From positions 7,201 to 71,200 of the IMG/VR virus record IMGVR_UViG_2706795384_000001: a stretch of DNA of 64,000 nt. One strand, given 5' to 3'. A program made the position numbers and the translations under genes. The notes beneath the pieces were generated by a model, which worked only from the letters and a program-made list of their open reading frames with translations, had not been told where the DNA came from and searched no databases. This document shows, in pieces, positions 45,847 to 55,536 of the stretch (the first letter of the stretch is position 1; each line of letters begins with the position of its first letter). This DNA comes from a virus. Its lineage: Duplodnaviria; Caudoviricetes.

Positions 45847-47441
45847 CCCCTGAACTGACCCCAGAGGAAGCCGCCGCCGTCGCTGAGGCGCTGGAAATTG
45901 CCAACGAAATCCAGATGCCAGCCCCGGCCCTCCACTACACCGATGAAAACGTGACCTTGTGGCACGGCGACTGTGTGGAAGTCCTCAAGACCTTGCCGGA
46001 CAACAGCGTCGACGCCGTCGTCACAGACCCGCCCTATGGCATCCGGTTTATGGGCAAAGCGTGGGACGGTGAAGACATTGAGGAAATGACCCGCAAGCGC
46101 CGCGAGTCCAAGCCCATGCCTGACGGTGTGGGTGGCCCGAACGGCGGCTATCAGTCCGCAAGCACTGAGGCCGGACGCTACAACCAGACGTTGACGGCGA
46201 ACCAGGCATTTGGGGAATGGTGCCTTGAGTGGACGCGCGAGTGCTTCCGTGTCCTCAAGCCCGGTGGCCACATTCTCGCGTTCGGTGGTTCCCGCACGTG
46301 GCACCGGCTCGCGTCCGCGGTGGAGGACGCCGGGTTCGAGATTCGGGACTCAATCGCGTGGCTCTACGGATCCGGGTTCCCCAAGTCCATGGACATTTCC
46401 AAAGCAATCGACAAAATGCGGCACGAGTCCGCGGACAAGCTCAAGGTCACCTCTTGGCTGGCTGATCAGGCCGACGCCAACAACATCACCCGCCGCATGC
46501 TGGACATTGCCATGGGCACCAGCGACATGGGCGGCTGGTGGCTGTCCCGGCTGGAACACCGTTGCCAAGTGCCCACCATGGAGCAAATCCCGCGGGTGCT
46601 GGCCACCCTTGGGGTGGAAGCTGAGGACGTGCCGGCCGAAATCCAGGAACTTATCTTTGAGCTCAACGGTGCCAAGGGCACCCCGGGCAAGGCATGGCTT
46701 GAGCGCGAGGTTGTGGGCACCCGGGAGACCGGCGACGCGCTGGGCTGGCTGCAATCCACTGGCAGCATTACCAAGACCGTGGACGTGACCACCGCAGCGA
46801 GCGAGGCAGCCAAGCAATGGGAAGGCTGGGGCACCACCTTGAAGCCGTCCTTTGAGCCTGTCGTTGTGGGCCGTAAGCCCATGCGGCTGACCACTGCGGC
46901 CAACGTGGTCAAGCACGGCACCGGGGGCATGAACATTGCCGCCACGAGGGTGGGCGACGAACCCCGCACGAACAAGGGCGGCAGCGCGTCCAGTCTGCAC
47001 GCCGTCAGCCGGGTGGAACAGGGCTACCGGGACACCATCACCGAGTGCGAGGGCGAGGCGTCCACCGTGACCGGGCGCTGGCCAACCAATGTGCTGCTGG
47101 ACGACTTCACCGCGGAACTACTCAACCAGCAAGAACGCGACGCCGCCCAATTCTTCCCCGTCTTCCAGTACGAGGCCAAAGCCCCGGCCAGCGAACGCCC
47201 CAACGTGGACGGCATCCAGCACCCCACAGTGAAGCCGCTGGACCTCATGCGCTGGCTTATTCGACTCGTGACACCCCCGGGCGGCACCGTACTGGAACCC
47301 TTTGCAGGGTCCGGCACGACGGCTGAGGCATGCGTAATGGAGGGTATGCAGTGCATAGCCATTGAACGGGAAACCGACTACCTGCCCTTGATCCGGCAGC
47401 GCCTTGAAAAGCCCATTGAGGTGGCCCTGTTCCAGGTCTGA
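45843..47441 (+). CDS. Beta-class N4-C/N6-A DNA methyltransferase
   Basis: VTDPPYG, HPTVKP, VLEPFAGSGTT. Confidence 0.92.
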   Translation: MTPELTPEEAAAVAEALEIANEIQMPAPALHYTDENVTLWHGDCVEVLKTLPDNSVDAVVTDPPYGIRFMGKAWDGEDIEEMTRKRRESKPMPDGVGGPNGGYQSASTEAGRYNQTLTANQAFGEWCLEWTRECFRVLKPGGHILAFGGSRTWHRLASAVEDAGFEIRDSIAWLYGSGFPKSMDISKAIDKMRHESADKLKVTSWLADQADANNITRRMLDIAMGTSDMGGWWLSRLEHRCQVPTMEQIPRVLATLGVEAEDVPAEIQELIFELNGAKGTPGKAWLEREVVGTRETGDALGWLQSTGSITKTVDVTTAASEAAKQWEGWGTTLKPSFEPVVVGRKPMRLTTAANVVKHGTGGMNIAATRVGDEPRTNKGGSASSLHAVSRVEQGYRDTITECEGEASTVTGRWPTNVLLDDFTAELLNQQERDAAQFFPVFQYEAKAPASERPNVDGIQHPTVKPLDLMRWLIRLVTPPGGTVLEPFAGSGTTAEACVMEGMQCIAIERETDYLPLIRQRLEKPIEVALFQV

Positions 47442-47442
47442 G

Positions 47443-47474
47443 AAACAGGCACGCACGGCAATAGGCTGAGACTG
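47443..47474 (+). promoter_or_regulatory. AAACAGGCAC-box promoter 7 (-10 TAGGCT)
   Basis: +31 = G of GTAAGC leader, as in promoter 1. Confidence 0.8.
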
Positions 47475-47499
47475 TAAGCCACAACGAAAGGGGCAACCC

Positions 47500-47925
47500 A
47501 TGCTTCAATACACCTACCCGGACGCCGGGACCGTCCCCGAATGGATCAAAGAGGGCGGCACTGTTGCTGTGGTCCAGAACGTCCGGTACGGCTACGGCAC
47601 GAGAGTAAATAAAGGCTTTGTTGAGCGCCTTACCAAAACCCAAGTGGTCCTGAATGACGGGCGCCGGTTCAACCTCAAGAACGGGCTAAAGGAAATGGGG
47701 GCAACCACCCGGCACACCTACGGCCCCGGGCCGTTGTTCTTGGCTGATTGGGAAAGCAAAGAGGTTAAGTCAGCTCTACATGTCCAGTTCATGCAGAACA
47801 CCGCGTCACTCATTGCCGTCAAGGCTCGCGCTTTCGAGAACGAACCAGACGGCAAGAAAGCCGTTGAGCTCATAGACCTGCTGACCCAGTGGGCCAAAGC
47901 TGACGGCATGGAGGTGCCCAAGTGA
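47500..47925 (+). CDS. Hypothetical protein
   Basis: RBS GAAAGGGG. Confidence 0.7.
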   Translation: MLQYTYPDAGTVPEWIKEGGTVAVVQNVRYGYGTRVNKGFVERLTKTQVVLNDGRRFNLKNGLKEMGATTRHTYGPGPLFLADWESKEVKSALHVQFMQNTASLIAVKARAFENEPDGKKAVELIDLLTQWAKADGMEVPK

Positions 47926-48356
47926 GCTTGCACATGGTCAAGGCCATTGAGGAACTGGCGGACAAGTGGCATGGAGACTTCCCCGCCAAGGCTGCCGAGT
48001 TGCGCGCGATCCTGGAACGCTACCCGCTGCCCCCGGAAGACGCCGACGAACGCGACTCAACGCACTGGCTGTTCCAGCGCCACAGTGAAACCCTCACCCG
48101 GGTGGCCAACGCCGTCAACGGCCCACCCAAGCCGCTGTGGAGTCATTCCCACCATGACCTTGGTGAGAAAGCGGAAGCCATGGCCAGCGAGCTCAACGAA
48201 GCCCGGGAGAAACTGAACCCGGGTGCTGACATGGTGGACGCCATGGCCGCTGACTTAGCGGAAGCGTTCAACATTCCCAGCCAACGCTACGCACGACAAG
48301 AAATCCGTTTCGTGCTGGCACTCGCGCGAGGTGAGGATCCCAATGACCTCCGGTAG
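47922..48356 (+). CDS. Hypothetical protein
   Basis: GTGA coupling. Confidence 0.65.
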   Translation: MSLHMVKAIEELADKWHGDFPAKAAELRAILERYPLPPEDADERDSTHWLFQRHSETLTRVANAVNGPPKPLWSHSHHDLGEKAEAMASELNEAREKLNPGADMVDAMAADLAEAFNIPSQRYARQEIRFVLALARGEDPNDLR

Positions 48357-48702
48357 TCGCCATAAAACGGTTGAGGACTCCCGGGAATGCTTGCACTGTG
48401 GGCAGACCCGGGGGCAGGTCCGCACTGAGGGCAACGGGTGCGCCACGGTGGATTATGAGGGCCACTGCCAAGAGGACTGGCCCCAGCACCGTTGGGTGGA
48501 CTGGAAGCCCCAAGAAATCCCCAATTTCATCAAGACCGAGGCAAAACACAAGTACGTCCGCGCAAACCTGGCGGACTTTCAATATGCCGACTGTGAGGAC
48601 ACGATCAAGGGCCATGTGTACCCCGTGACCGATGAAGACAAGTCTTTTTTCCAAGCTGGCCGATGCATCTTTTGCGGAATCGAGGAACCAACCAATGCGT
48701 GA
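48343..48702 (+). CDS. Cys-rich hypothetical protein
   Basis: CLHC...CIFC. Confidence 0.6.
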   Translation: MTSGSRHKTVEDSRECLHCGQTRGQVRTEGNGCATVDYEGHCQEDWPQHRWVDWKPQEIPNFIKTEAKHKYVRANLADFQYADCEDTIKGHVYPVTDEDKSFFQAGRCIFCGIEEPTNA

Positions 48703-49120
48703 CCAACACACCGTAAAAGTCCGGGTGTCGCTGACCTTCGAGGAACTGGACGAAAACGGCACCACCGTGCGCGAGTCAACGAACAAGTTCGGGGTAAGCC
48801 ACACCATGACCGTCAACAACGAGGTCAAGGCACGCTACCCCAACGCGGAAGCAACATGGGCGGCTAACAAGGTGGGCCACAGTATCGCGGACGCCTTGAG
48901 TGAAGCCCTGCCGCCGTTCTTGGACGGCAAGACCGGGCAAGCGTTCTGCCCCTCCACCATCCATAAGGGCGTGCGAGTCCCGGCGCCCTTTGGCGGCGTG
49001 TTCATCAATTACACCCGTCCCGGCGTCGAACCCCGCGTTTGGTACTGCGAGGAATGCGCCACCATGGGCAAGCTCACGGGCATGTTCCGGCCAGATAAGG
49101 ACGCCACACATGGCGACTGA
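48695..49120 (+). CDS. Hypothetical protein
   Basis: RBS GAGGA. Confidence 0.6.
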   Translation: MRDQHTVKVRVSLTFEELDENGTTVRESTNKFGVSHTMTVNNEVKARYPNAEATWAANKVGHSIADALSEALPPFLDGKTGQAFCPSTIHKGVRVPAPFGGVFINYTRPGVEPRVWYCEECATMGKLTGMFRPDKDATHGD

Positions 49121-49403
49121 GGTCTACACCCCGGAACCCGTCCAAGGGCACACCATGAAGCCGGATATTGAGATTGACGAGGACGGCATCACGTGGCTTT
49201 TCATTGAGTCCCAATATGGGAGCTTCAAAGCGAACCACGAGACCGTGACCGCCCCGCCGTTCTCCGATTTCGCGGACCCCATCACCAGGAACCTTGGATT
49301 TGACCCCGGCCACATTGACCCAGCCCGGGTGGTCCACAGCTACTACGCGCAAGGGTTCATGGACCCCAAGAGTGGGGTCAAGTTCACGGGCAACGTGCTG
49401 TGA
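49110..49403 (+). CDS. Hypothetical protein
   Basis: RBS AAGGA. Confidence 0.6.
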   Translation: MATEVYTPEPVQGHTMKPDIEIDEDGITWLFIESQYGSFKANHETVTAPPFSDFADPITRNLGFDPGHIDPARVVHSYYAQGFMDPKSGVKFTGNVL

Positions 49404-49500
49404 TTCCCAAGCCCACGCCGCTGCGCTGGCCCAACCCCTACACGGACCCCCGGGGCATTTACCTAGTGAACCGGATTATCGAACGAAAGCGAGAAAAAGA

Positions 49501-49743
49501 ATGTCAAGCAAGCCTGAACTCGGAACAACAGTCCTCTACACCACCAGCGAGGGCGTAGACGTTCCGGCGGTGGTCACTGCCGTGGTGGGAGACCGGGCAT
49601 GCCTCAAGATCATGTTCCCGCCGCACGTCAACGAGGACACCATCGAACCGGACCAGCAAATCCCCGTAGAGGGCACCCAATGGGGCACCGTGGCTTACCC
49701 CTACGCCTACCCGGCCAAGCCAAGGCATTGGCGCTACCGCTAA
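49501..49743 (+). CDS. Small SH3-like hypothetical protein
   Basis: PELGTTVLY...PAVVTAV. Confidence 0.6.
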   Translation: MSSKPELGTTVLYTTSEGVDVPAVVTAVVGDRACLKIMFPPHVNEDTIEPDQQIPVEGTQWGTVAYPYAYPAKPRHWRYR

Positions 49744-49776
49744 AACAGGCACACCGCTGCTTAGGGTGAGAATATG
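49743..49776 (+). promoter_or_regulatory. AAACAGGCAC-box promoter 8 (-10 TAGGGT), leaderless
   Basis: ATG 49774 at +31; box overlaps upstream stop. Confidence 0.8.
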
Positions 49777-50145
49777 ACCACTTACCCGCAGCCGTTGCGC
49801 GATCTTGCCACCCTTGTGGTGACCGCCCAACACGCCTGGACCACCGAGACCGAACTACAAGCATCCATAGCTGAAACGCTCAAGGCCGCTGGACTGGACC
49901 CCACCCGCGAGGTGGTCCTGTCTGGTGGCCTTGGGCGTGTCGACCTCATGGTCGGCAAGGTGGGTGTTGAGGTGAAAATCAAGGGGTCATGGCAGCAACT
50001 CACCCGGCAGGTCATGCGCTACACCCACGCCCCTGAAATCGGGGCTTTGCTGGTGATCACCACCAAGGCCGCACACGCCCAAAACGTGCCCGTGCAAGCC
50101 AATGGCAAACCGATTCTTACCGTCTTCCTGAATGGGGCATTTTGA
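49774..50145 (+). CDS. Small PD-(D/E)XK-like nuclease
   Basis: GRVDLMV-x4-VEVK...QVMRY. Confidence 0.65.
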   Translation: MTTYPQPLRDLATLVVTAQHAWTTETELQASIAETLKAAGLDPTREVVLSGGLGRVDLMVGKVGVEVKIKGSWQQLTRQVMRYTHAPEIGALLVITTKAAHAQNVPVQANGKPILTVFLNGAF

Positions 50146-51884
50146 GCGTCCAACAACTCGAATTGCCGTTGACCGCCCCCCGGACATACGGCACTTACGC
50201 ATACGAGCAAGTAGGCAACCGGGGGCGCTGGGTTCTCAATCTGGAACCAGCCGTTGCCATGCGCGCCAAGCACATTTTCCGGCGCGTCCAACAGACCATT
50301 GCCGGGACTGTGGCCGTCATGGACTCGCTGGACGTAGCCCGGGACTTGGAATGGCTCATGGAGCGTTGGCCGCTGGAACCCGCGGACGCTGGGACCGCCA
50401 CGAGGCTCTACCAGACAGCCCGGGCGCACCGCCGCCGCGAGGAAACCGTCCAACGCATCGTGTCCGGCCAGCAACGGCTTGACCTGCCCCGCGAGCCAGC
50501 CAAAGCGCCCCGCGATTACCAGCTGGTTGCCGTGGACCTGTTGCGCTCCACCGGCCGGCTGCTGCTGACCGACTCCCGCGGCTTGGGTAAGACGTTCACC
50601 GGGCTGCTAAACAGCGTCCACACGGACGCCCTGCCCATGCTGGTGGTGCCCCCGGCGCACTTGCCCGGTAGGTGGGCGACTGAGGCGCAAGAGGCGTTCC
50701 CGTTCCTCAACGTCCAGACAGCCAAAAAGGGCACACCCCCGGAAAACTGGACCCCGGAAGACATGCCCGACGTCCTGATCGTGCCCTATTCCAAGCTGGC
50801 CGGATGGGCTAACCACCTCATGGGCGTGCCCCGCACCATCGTGTTTGATGAAGTCCAAGACCTACGCACGGGCAAGGGCACCCGCAAGGGTTTGGCCGCG
50901 GCCATGCTTTGCCAGGAAACCCCGTACAAGCTGGGGCTGACCGCCACCCCGATTTACAACTACGGCGGCGAAATCTGGAACATTTTGGACATTCTCGCGC
51001 CCGGGGAACTGGGAACCGCGGAAGAGTTCAGCCGTGAATGGGGATCCGCAAGCGCCAACGGCAAGATAGCGGTCAAAGACCCGGCAGCCTTGGGCAGCTA
51101 CCTACGTGAGCAAGGCTTGATGCTGGGCAGGAACCGCCGCGACGTAGGCCGCGAGCTTCCGCCCCACGTAACCGTTCCCGTGACCGTAGAGAGCGACCCG
51201 GAAGCGCTGGAAAAGGTCAAGGGCGACGCCCGGGCCATGGCGGAACTGATCCTTGCGAACACCACGAGCTCATGGGACCGCATGAAAGCCGCCGGGGAAT
51301 TGGACTGGAAGCTGCGCGAGGCCACCGGCATTGCCAAAGCCCCTTATGTGGCTGAGTTTGTGCGGCTGCTGTTGGAATCGGAAGAACGCATTGTGCTGTT
51401 TGGTTGGCACCGGGCTGTGTACGACATTTGGGCGGACCTCTTGGCTGAGTTCAACCCCGTGTTCTACACCGGCAGCGAGTCCAACACCCAAAAGGATGCC
51501 GCGGCCGCTGCGTTCATCCGTGGAGACTCCCGAATCCTGATCATGTCCCTACGTTCCGGCAGCGGCGTGGACGGGCTGCAGGAAGCATCCAAGGTGTGCG
51601 TGTTCGGGGAACTGGACTGGTCCCCGCAAGTGCACTTGCAAGGCATTGGCCGGCTGGACCGCGACCCCGCAGACCCCACCATTGACCTGACCCAGGTAGA
51701 ACCCACCGTTGCTTACTTCCTAACCACCGACGACGGCAGCGACCCCGTGATCATGGAAACGCTGGGCATCAAACGGAACCAGTCCGAACCCATCGTGAAC
51801 CCTGACGGCAAGCTCACCCCCAACGCCGCCCCCGACGTATCCCGTGCCCGTTCGCTGGCCAAACAAATCCTTGGAGTGTCCTAA
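50142..51884 (+). CDS. SNF2-family helicase/ATPase
   Basis: LLTDSRGLGKT, FDEVQ, LTATP, GVDGLQ, QGIGRLDR. Confidence 0.85.
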   Translation: MSVQQLELPLTAPRTYGTYAYEQVGNRGRWVLNLEPAVAMRAKHIFRRVQQTIAGTVAVMDSLDVARDLEWLMERWPLEPADAGTATRLYQTARAHRRREETVQRIVSGQQRLDLPREPAKAPRDYQLVAVDLLRSTGRLLLTDSRGLGKTFTGLLNSVHTDALPMLVVPPAHLPGRWATEAQEAFPFLNVQTAKKGTPPENWTPEDMPDVLIVPYSKLAGWANHLMGVPRTIVFDEVQDLRTGKGTRKGLAAAMLCQETPYKLGLTATPIYNYGGEIWNILDILAPGELGTAEEFSREWGSASANGKIAVKDPAALGSYLREQGLMLGRNRRDVGRELPPHVTVPVTVESDPEALEKVKGDARAMAELILANTTSSWDRMKAAGELDWKLREATGIAKAPYVAEFVRLLLESEERIVLFGWHRAVYDIWADLLAEFNPVFYTGSESNTQKDAAAAAFIRGDSRILIMSLRSGSGVDGLQEASKVCVFGELDWSPQVHLQGIGRLDRDPADPTIDLTQVEPTVAYFLTTDDGSDPVIMETLGIKRNQSEPIVNPDGKLTPNAAPDVSRARSLAKQILGVS

Positions 51885-52117
51885 TGTTCCGACGCCGCTA
51901 CACCGTGCAAGCGTTCCACCCCGCAGACTATGCCCCGTTCCGTTCCCGGAAGTTCCGCACCATGGAACAGGTCATGGACTTTGTGGACCTGATCCGGGGC
52001 AGCTACCCCGCTACTGAGATTCAAGTGCACGACCGCAAAGACAACCGGGTTGTGGTCAGCTACCCGCCCCGGTACGGCGTTAGCGGTGGCCCGTTGTGGT
52101 GGCCCCATGGCGGCTGA
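51884..52117 (+). CDS. Hypothetical protein
   Basis: TAATG coupling. Confidence 0.55.
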   Translation: MFRRRYTVQAFHPADYAPFRSRKFRTMEQVMDFVDLIRGSYPATEIQVHDRKDNRVVVSYPPRYGVSGGPLWWPHGG

Positions 52118-52469
52118 CACGTGGCCCCGGGACGCAGACGGCAACATACGCATGGTGCTGTACGTCGCGGGGCCAATGACCGGGCTACCGGCCTACAACC
52201 GCCCCAAATTCAACGAGGTAACCGACGAATTACGGCGCTTTGGGTATCACGTGTTAAATCCGGCACGGCAGCCGTTAGGTTTGGAATATAACGACTATAT
52301 GAGGCGCGGAATCAACGACGTTCACAAGTCTGACGGGGTGGCTCTACTCCCAGGCTGGGAACAATCGAACGGTGCACGCCTTGAACAACTAATAGCCAGA
52401 AAGCTGGGGCTGGAATGCCGGCCCTATACCGACTGGGAAAACCTCTACGAACAGGAACCGCCACAATGA
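52107..52469 (+). CDS. DUF4406 / nucleoside deoxyribosyltransferase-like protein
   Basis: YVAGPMTG...NPA...LLPGWEQSNGARLE. Confidence 0.8.
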   Translation: MAADTWPRDADGNIRMVLYVAGPMTGLPAYNRPKFNEVTDELRRFGYHVLNPARQPLGLEYNDYMRRGINDVHKSDGVALLPGWEQSNGARLEQLIARKLGLECRPYTDWENLYEQEPPQ

Positions 52470-53047
52470 GCTCACCAATCCGTGAATACCTGACCTACAC
52501 CAACGACGAGGACACCCGGGCGTTGTCCATCAACCCCCACGCTGACGGCGGGGTGTTCCTCAAGCTGTCCAGCGTCAAGGCCAACGGCCACAACCAGCTT
52601 GGCAGCATCTTGGTCAAGCATGACGACCTCCCGGCAATCATGTTTGAACTCACGGGCGGGGCGCCGTCTGAACAGGACTTTGCCGACGCCAAGGAAATTG
52701 CAGACGCGATCCGTTCCGGGGACAACACCCAGTTGAACGTCACCACCACCGTGCGCCGTCTGCTGCTGGCCCTCCACTTGAACATTCACAGCGTCACGGT
52801 GGACGCCCCACCCGTTCCCCGCGAGGGCTGCCCGGGCTGCGCTGCCACGGATGAAGCTGTGGAAGCTGCCGCCCACGCTGAGACCCTGCAAGACCCGGAC
52901 TATGACCCCACAGCCAAGGAACTGGACGCCCACGAGGTGCCCGACACTGAACCCAACACGGTGGCCCTCTTGGCAGCCGAGAACGCGAACTTGCGGAACA
53001 AGCTTGCCGCCATTCAAGCGCTCACCAACCCCGCTGTGGCTCTCTGA
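52466..53047 (+). CDS. Hypothetical protein
   Basis: ATGA coupling. Confidence 0.65.
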   Translation: MSSPIREYLTYTNDEDTRALSINPHADGGVFLKLSSVKANGHNQLGSILVKHDDLPAIMFELTGGAPSEQDFADAKEIADAIRSGDNTQLNVTTTVRRLLLALHLNIHSVTVDAPPVPREGCPGCAATDEAVEAAAHAETLQDPDYDPTAKELDAHEVPDTEPNTVALLAAENANLRNKLAAIQALTNPAVAL

Positions 53048-53051
53048 ACCC

Positions 53052-53333
53052 ATGGCAACAACACCCAAAGGAACCCCGGCAGAGTTGCGGGGCAACTGCG
53101 CAAACCCTGAATGCGCGTGCCCCATCCGAACAGGCGGTTACGTCACCCCCGAAACAAGGGGCGCACGCCGCCACAGCAAAGACGGCGTATGCACCAGGTG
53201 CAAACGCCTTGGTTACAACGTCAGCCCCGAACACCTGACCGACGCCCAACTGTTCAAGGAATTTGAGTGGTCCCCCGAACTGCTGGCGGACGCCGTGAGC
53301 TACGGAATGGAACAGTTGGATGATGTTGCATAA
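53052..53333 (+). CDS. Cys-rich hypothetical protein
   Basis: CANPECACP...CTRC. Confidence 0.6.
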   Translation: MATTPKGTPAELRGNCANPECACPIRTGGYVTPETRGARRHSKDGVCTRCKRLGYNVSPEHLTDAQLFKEFEWSPELLADAVSYGMEQLDDVA

Positions 53334-53733
53334 CCCGCCCCTCATAATCGTGGCCCACGTGCCCATGGTGGACGCCTTGAACGCAAACAAGGGCGGACAC
53401 TGGGGCAGCACCAGCCCCAAGGTCAAGGTGTTGCGCGAGCAAGGCGGCTGGCTCATGCGCGAAAAGCATAAGGGCCGGAACCACTACTTTGAGCGCTGCC
53501 ACATCAACGTCCGGGTGCTGTTCCCGAACAAGGACCGCAACCGCGACACCATGAATTACTACCCCACCAGCAAAGCCCACGTAGACGGGTTCATTGACGC
53601 CAAATTAGCGGCGAATGACCACGAGGGCATTGTTATTGGACCCCACCTGTGGCCCACCCGGGAACTGTCCGGCATCCCCCGCATAGCCAAGTTCATCTAT
53701 ACGATTCACCACTTGGACAGCACCTATGAGTGA
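53320..53733 (+). CDS. RusA-like Holliday junction resolvase
   Basis: RNRDTMNY...KAHVDGF...NDH motif layout. Confidence 0.7.
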   Translation: MMLHNPPLIIVAHVPMVDALNANKGGHWGSTSPKVKVLREQGGWLMREKHKGRNHYFERCHINVRVLFPNKDRNRDTMNYYPTSKAHVDGFIDAKLAANDHEGIVIGPHLWPTRELSGIPRIAKFIYTIHHLDSTYE

Positions 53734-53929
53734 CCACATAGCGGCTATCCGCGCTGACCTTGACCACGACCGCATGAAGCTGTTGGCCGAGCTCAACGCG
53801 GAAGCCCACACCCCGGCCTATTACCGGCCCCCACGCAACGAACACCCCAGCGCTGGCCACCGCCGCGCCGAACAACTCAGACACGAAAACGCAGCGTTCT
53901 ACGCCGCAAGGAAGGCAAAGACCCCATGA
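53726..53929 (+). CDS. Hypothetical protein
   Basis: Coupled ORF. Confidence 0.55.
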   Translation: MSDHIAAIRADLDHDRMKLLAELNAEAHTPAYYRPPRNEHPSAGHRRAEQLRHENAAFYAARKAKTP

Positions 53930-54306
53930 GGCACTACACCAGCCGCGCACGCCGTCACGACCGCCAAAAAGGCTTGATGCTGGGCGCGTTCCTACTCGTG
54001 GCCATTCTCTTGGTGGGCGTCGTGGCCGTCACCCAGAACGCGAGCAAGCAAGCGCAGACCTGCACCGTGGCAGCCAAGCACATGACCAACGACGTGCAAG
54101 ACGGCCAAAGCGTCCGCGTGTACCAGGTGGAAACTGAGGAATGCGGGGTCATGAGGATCACCGACAACGCCCTGCAGGGAGTTTTCAACAGCGCGGACCT
54201 GTTCGCCGCCGTCCGAGAGGGCCAGCGCTACCGCTTCACCACCGTAGGTTGGCGGATCCCGTTTCTAAGCCAATTCCCCACCGTCGTCAAGATTGAGAGC
54301 GCATAG
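53926..54306 (+). CDS. Membrane-anchored/secreted protein
   Basis: N-terminal TM; GQRYRFTTVGWRIPFLSQFP C-terminus. Confidence 0.7.
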   Translation: MRHYTSRARRHDRQKGLMLGAFLLVAILLVGVVAVTQNASKQAQTCTVAAKHMTNDVQDGQSVRVYQVETEECGVMRITDNALQGVFNSADLFAAVREGQRYRFTTVGWRIPFLSQFPTVVKIESA

Positions 54307-54308
54307 CC

Positions 54309-54698
54309 ATGCCTGAATCCTTCCGCTACCGCACGCCCTTGAAGGCCGTCACGGAAGCACCCGCCGCCCACCTTATCTACGTCCTTGAGCAAACCCGCGT
54401 GGAGCGGGAAGCCCAAACCGAAAAATGGGGCGAACAGAACTGGCCCAACGGCACCGGCCCCGAAGTAGTCCTAGAGGCTCGCGAGGGCAACAACATGGAC
54501 ATTCTGGCCTACCGGCACAAGAACACAACTGATTTCAACGCCAAGCAAGGCACCCTCACATACAAGGACATATTCCTCGAGGAAGTGTTCGAGGCAATGG
54601 CCGAATCAGACCCCACCGCGCTGCGTAAGGAACTGATCCAATGCGCCGCCGTCGCGCTCGCATGGGTCCAGAAAATCGACAGGGACGCAGCCAGGTGA
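54309..54698 (+). CDS. MazG-like nucleotide pyrophosphohydrolase
   Basis: LEEVFEA...RKELIQCAAVALAW. Confidence 0.7.
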   Translation: MPESFRYRTPLKAVTEAPAAHLIYVLEQTRVEREAQTEKWGEQNWPNGTGPEVVLEAREGNNMDILAYRHKNTTDFNAKQGTLTYKDIFLEEVFEAMAESDPTALRKELIQCAAVALAWVQKIDRDAAR

Positions 54699-54853
54699 CG
54701 AACTACCGAGACCCCAGCACCCGCAAGAACGCCACCACCGGGCGCCGCTCCGACGACTACACCCCGGACCCCATGCCCCAAGTCCGTGGCCGCGGACCCG
54801 GCAAGCCAAAGCCTGTTGAGCGCAAAGAAAGGCCACGCCGCCGTGACCAGTAA
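54695..54853 (+). CDS. Small basic protein
   Basis: GTGA coupling. Confidence 0.45.
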   Translation: MTNYRDPSTRKNATTGRRSDDYTPDPMPQVRGRGPGKPKPVERKERPRRRDQ

Positions 54854-55199
54854 CTATGAGTTCGGTGGACCCGGACAAGGCAAAGGCCGATACATCAAAG
54901 CGGAAATTGCCGCCCACGTTGGCGAACTGCTGGGGCAAGAACACTGGATGAAAGACCTTGCTACCAAACCCCAGCCAGCCCCCTACATGGTTTTTGAGGC
55001 ACCAGAACCCCGCGACCCCGCAGCGATCCGGGCAGACCTCATGGCAGCCGAGAAACTGGAACACGACCCCGACGTCGTGCACGAGGAAGGCAGCTGGGGC
55101 GCTGCCGGCTGCCCCCGCTGTGACGCCATGGAACCCCTCAGCAACGAACTGCTACGGTCCACACTGCGAGGGCCGGAAGGCGCCGCCAATGGGGGCTAA
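54843..55199 (+). CDS. Hypothetical protein
   Basis: GTG with RBS GAAAGG. Confidence 0.6.
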   Translation: MTSNYEFGGPGQGKGRYIKAEIAAHVGELLGQEHWMKDLATKPQPAPYMVFEAPEPRDPAAIRADLMAAEKLEHDPDVVHEEGSWGAAGCPRCDAMEPLSNELLRSTLRGPEGAANGG

Positions 55200-55536
55200 G
55201 CGCGCACCGGCCACCGAACGATTCTGGGCGAAAGTGGACAAGAGGGAACCCCACGAGTGCTGGCCGTGGACGGCAGCAAAGACAGCGGCCCGTGAGGATT
55301 ACCAATATGGAGCGCTCAAGGTGGGTGGGCGCGTCGTTAGGGCCAACCGCTTTGCTTTGGAGCTCAAGCTGGGGCGCCCACTGGGTCCGGGGATGAAGGC
55401 GCGGCACACATGCGATAACCCGCCCTGTTGCAACCCAGCCCACCTCCTGGAGGGCACCCAAGCGCAAAACCTGCAAGACATGCACGACCGGGGGCGACAC
55501 CCCTACAAACGAAAGAGGCAAGAACATGGCCGGTGA
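55189..55536 (+). CDS. HNH endonuclease
   Basis: RFWAKV...CWPW...[15 protein letters not shown]...N. Confidence 0.88.
   Translation: MGAKRAPATERFWAKVDKREPHECWPWTAAKTAAREDYQYGALKVGGRVVRANRFALELKLGRPLGPGMKARHTCDNPPCCNPAHLLEGTQAQNLQDMHDRGRHPYKRKRQEHGR

Noticed and set aside
44041-50145. Complete restriction-modification system
   Set aside because: The small nuclease is coupled to the helicase, not to either methyltransferase; orphan methylases are the simpler reading.
54544-54575. Box-like AGCAAGGCAC (also AAAGGCAC near 821)
   Set aside because: No NANNNT at +19 for 54544; the copy near 821 is the capsid RBS.
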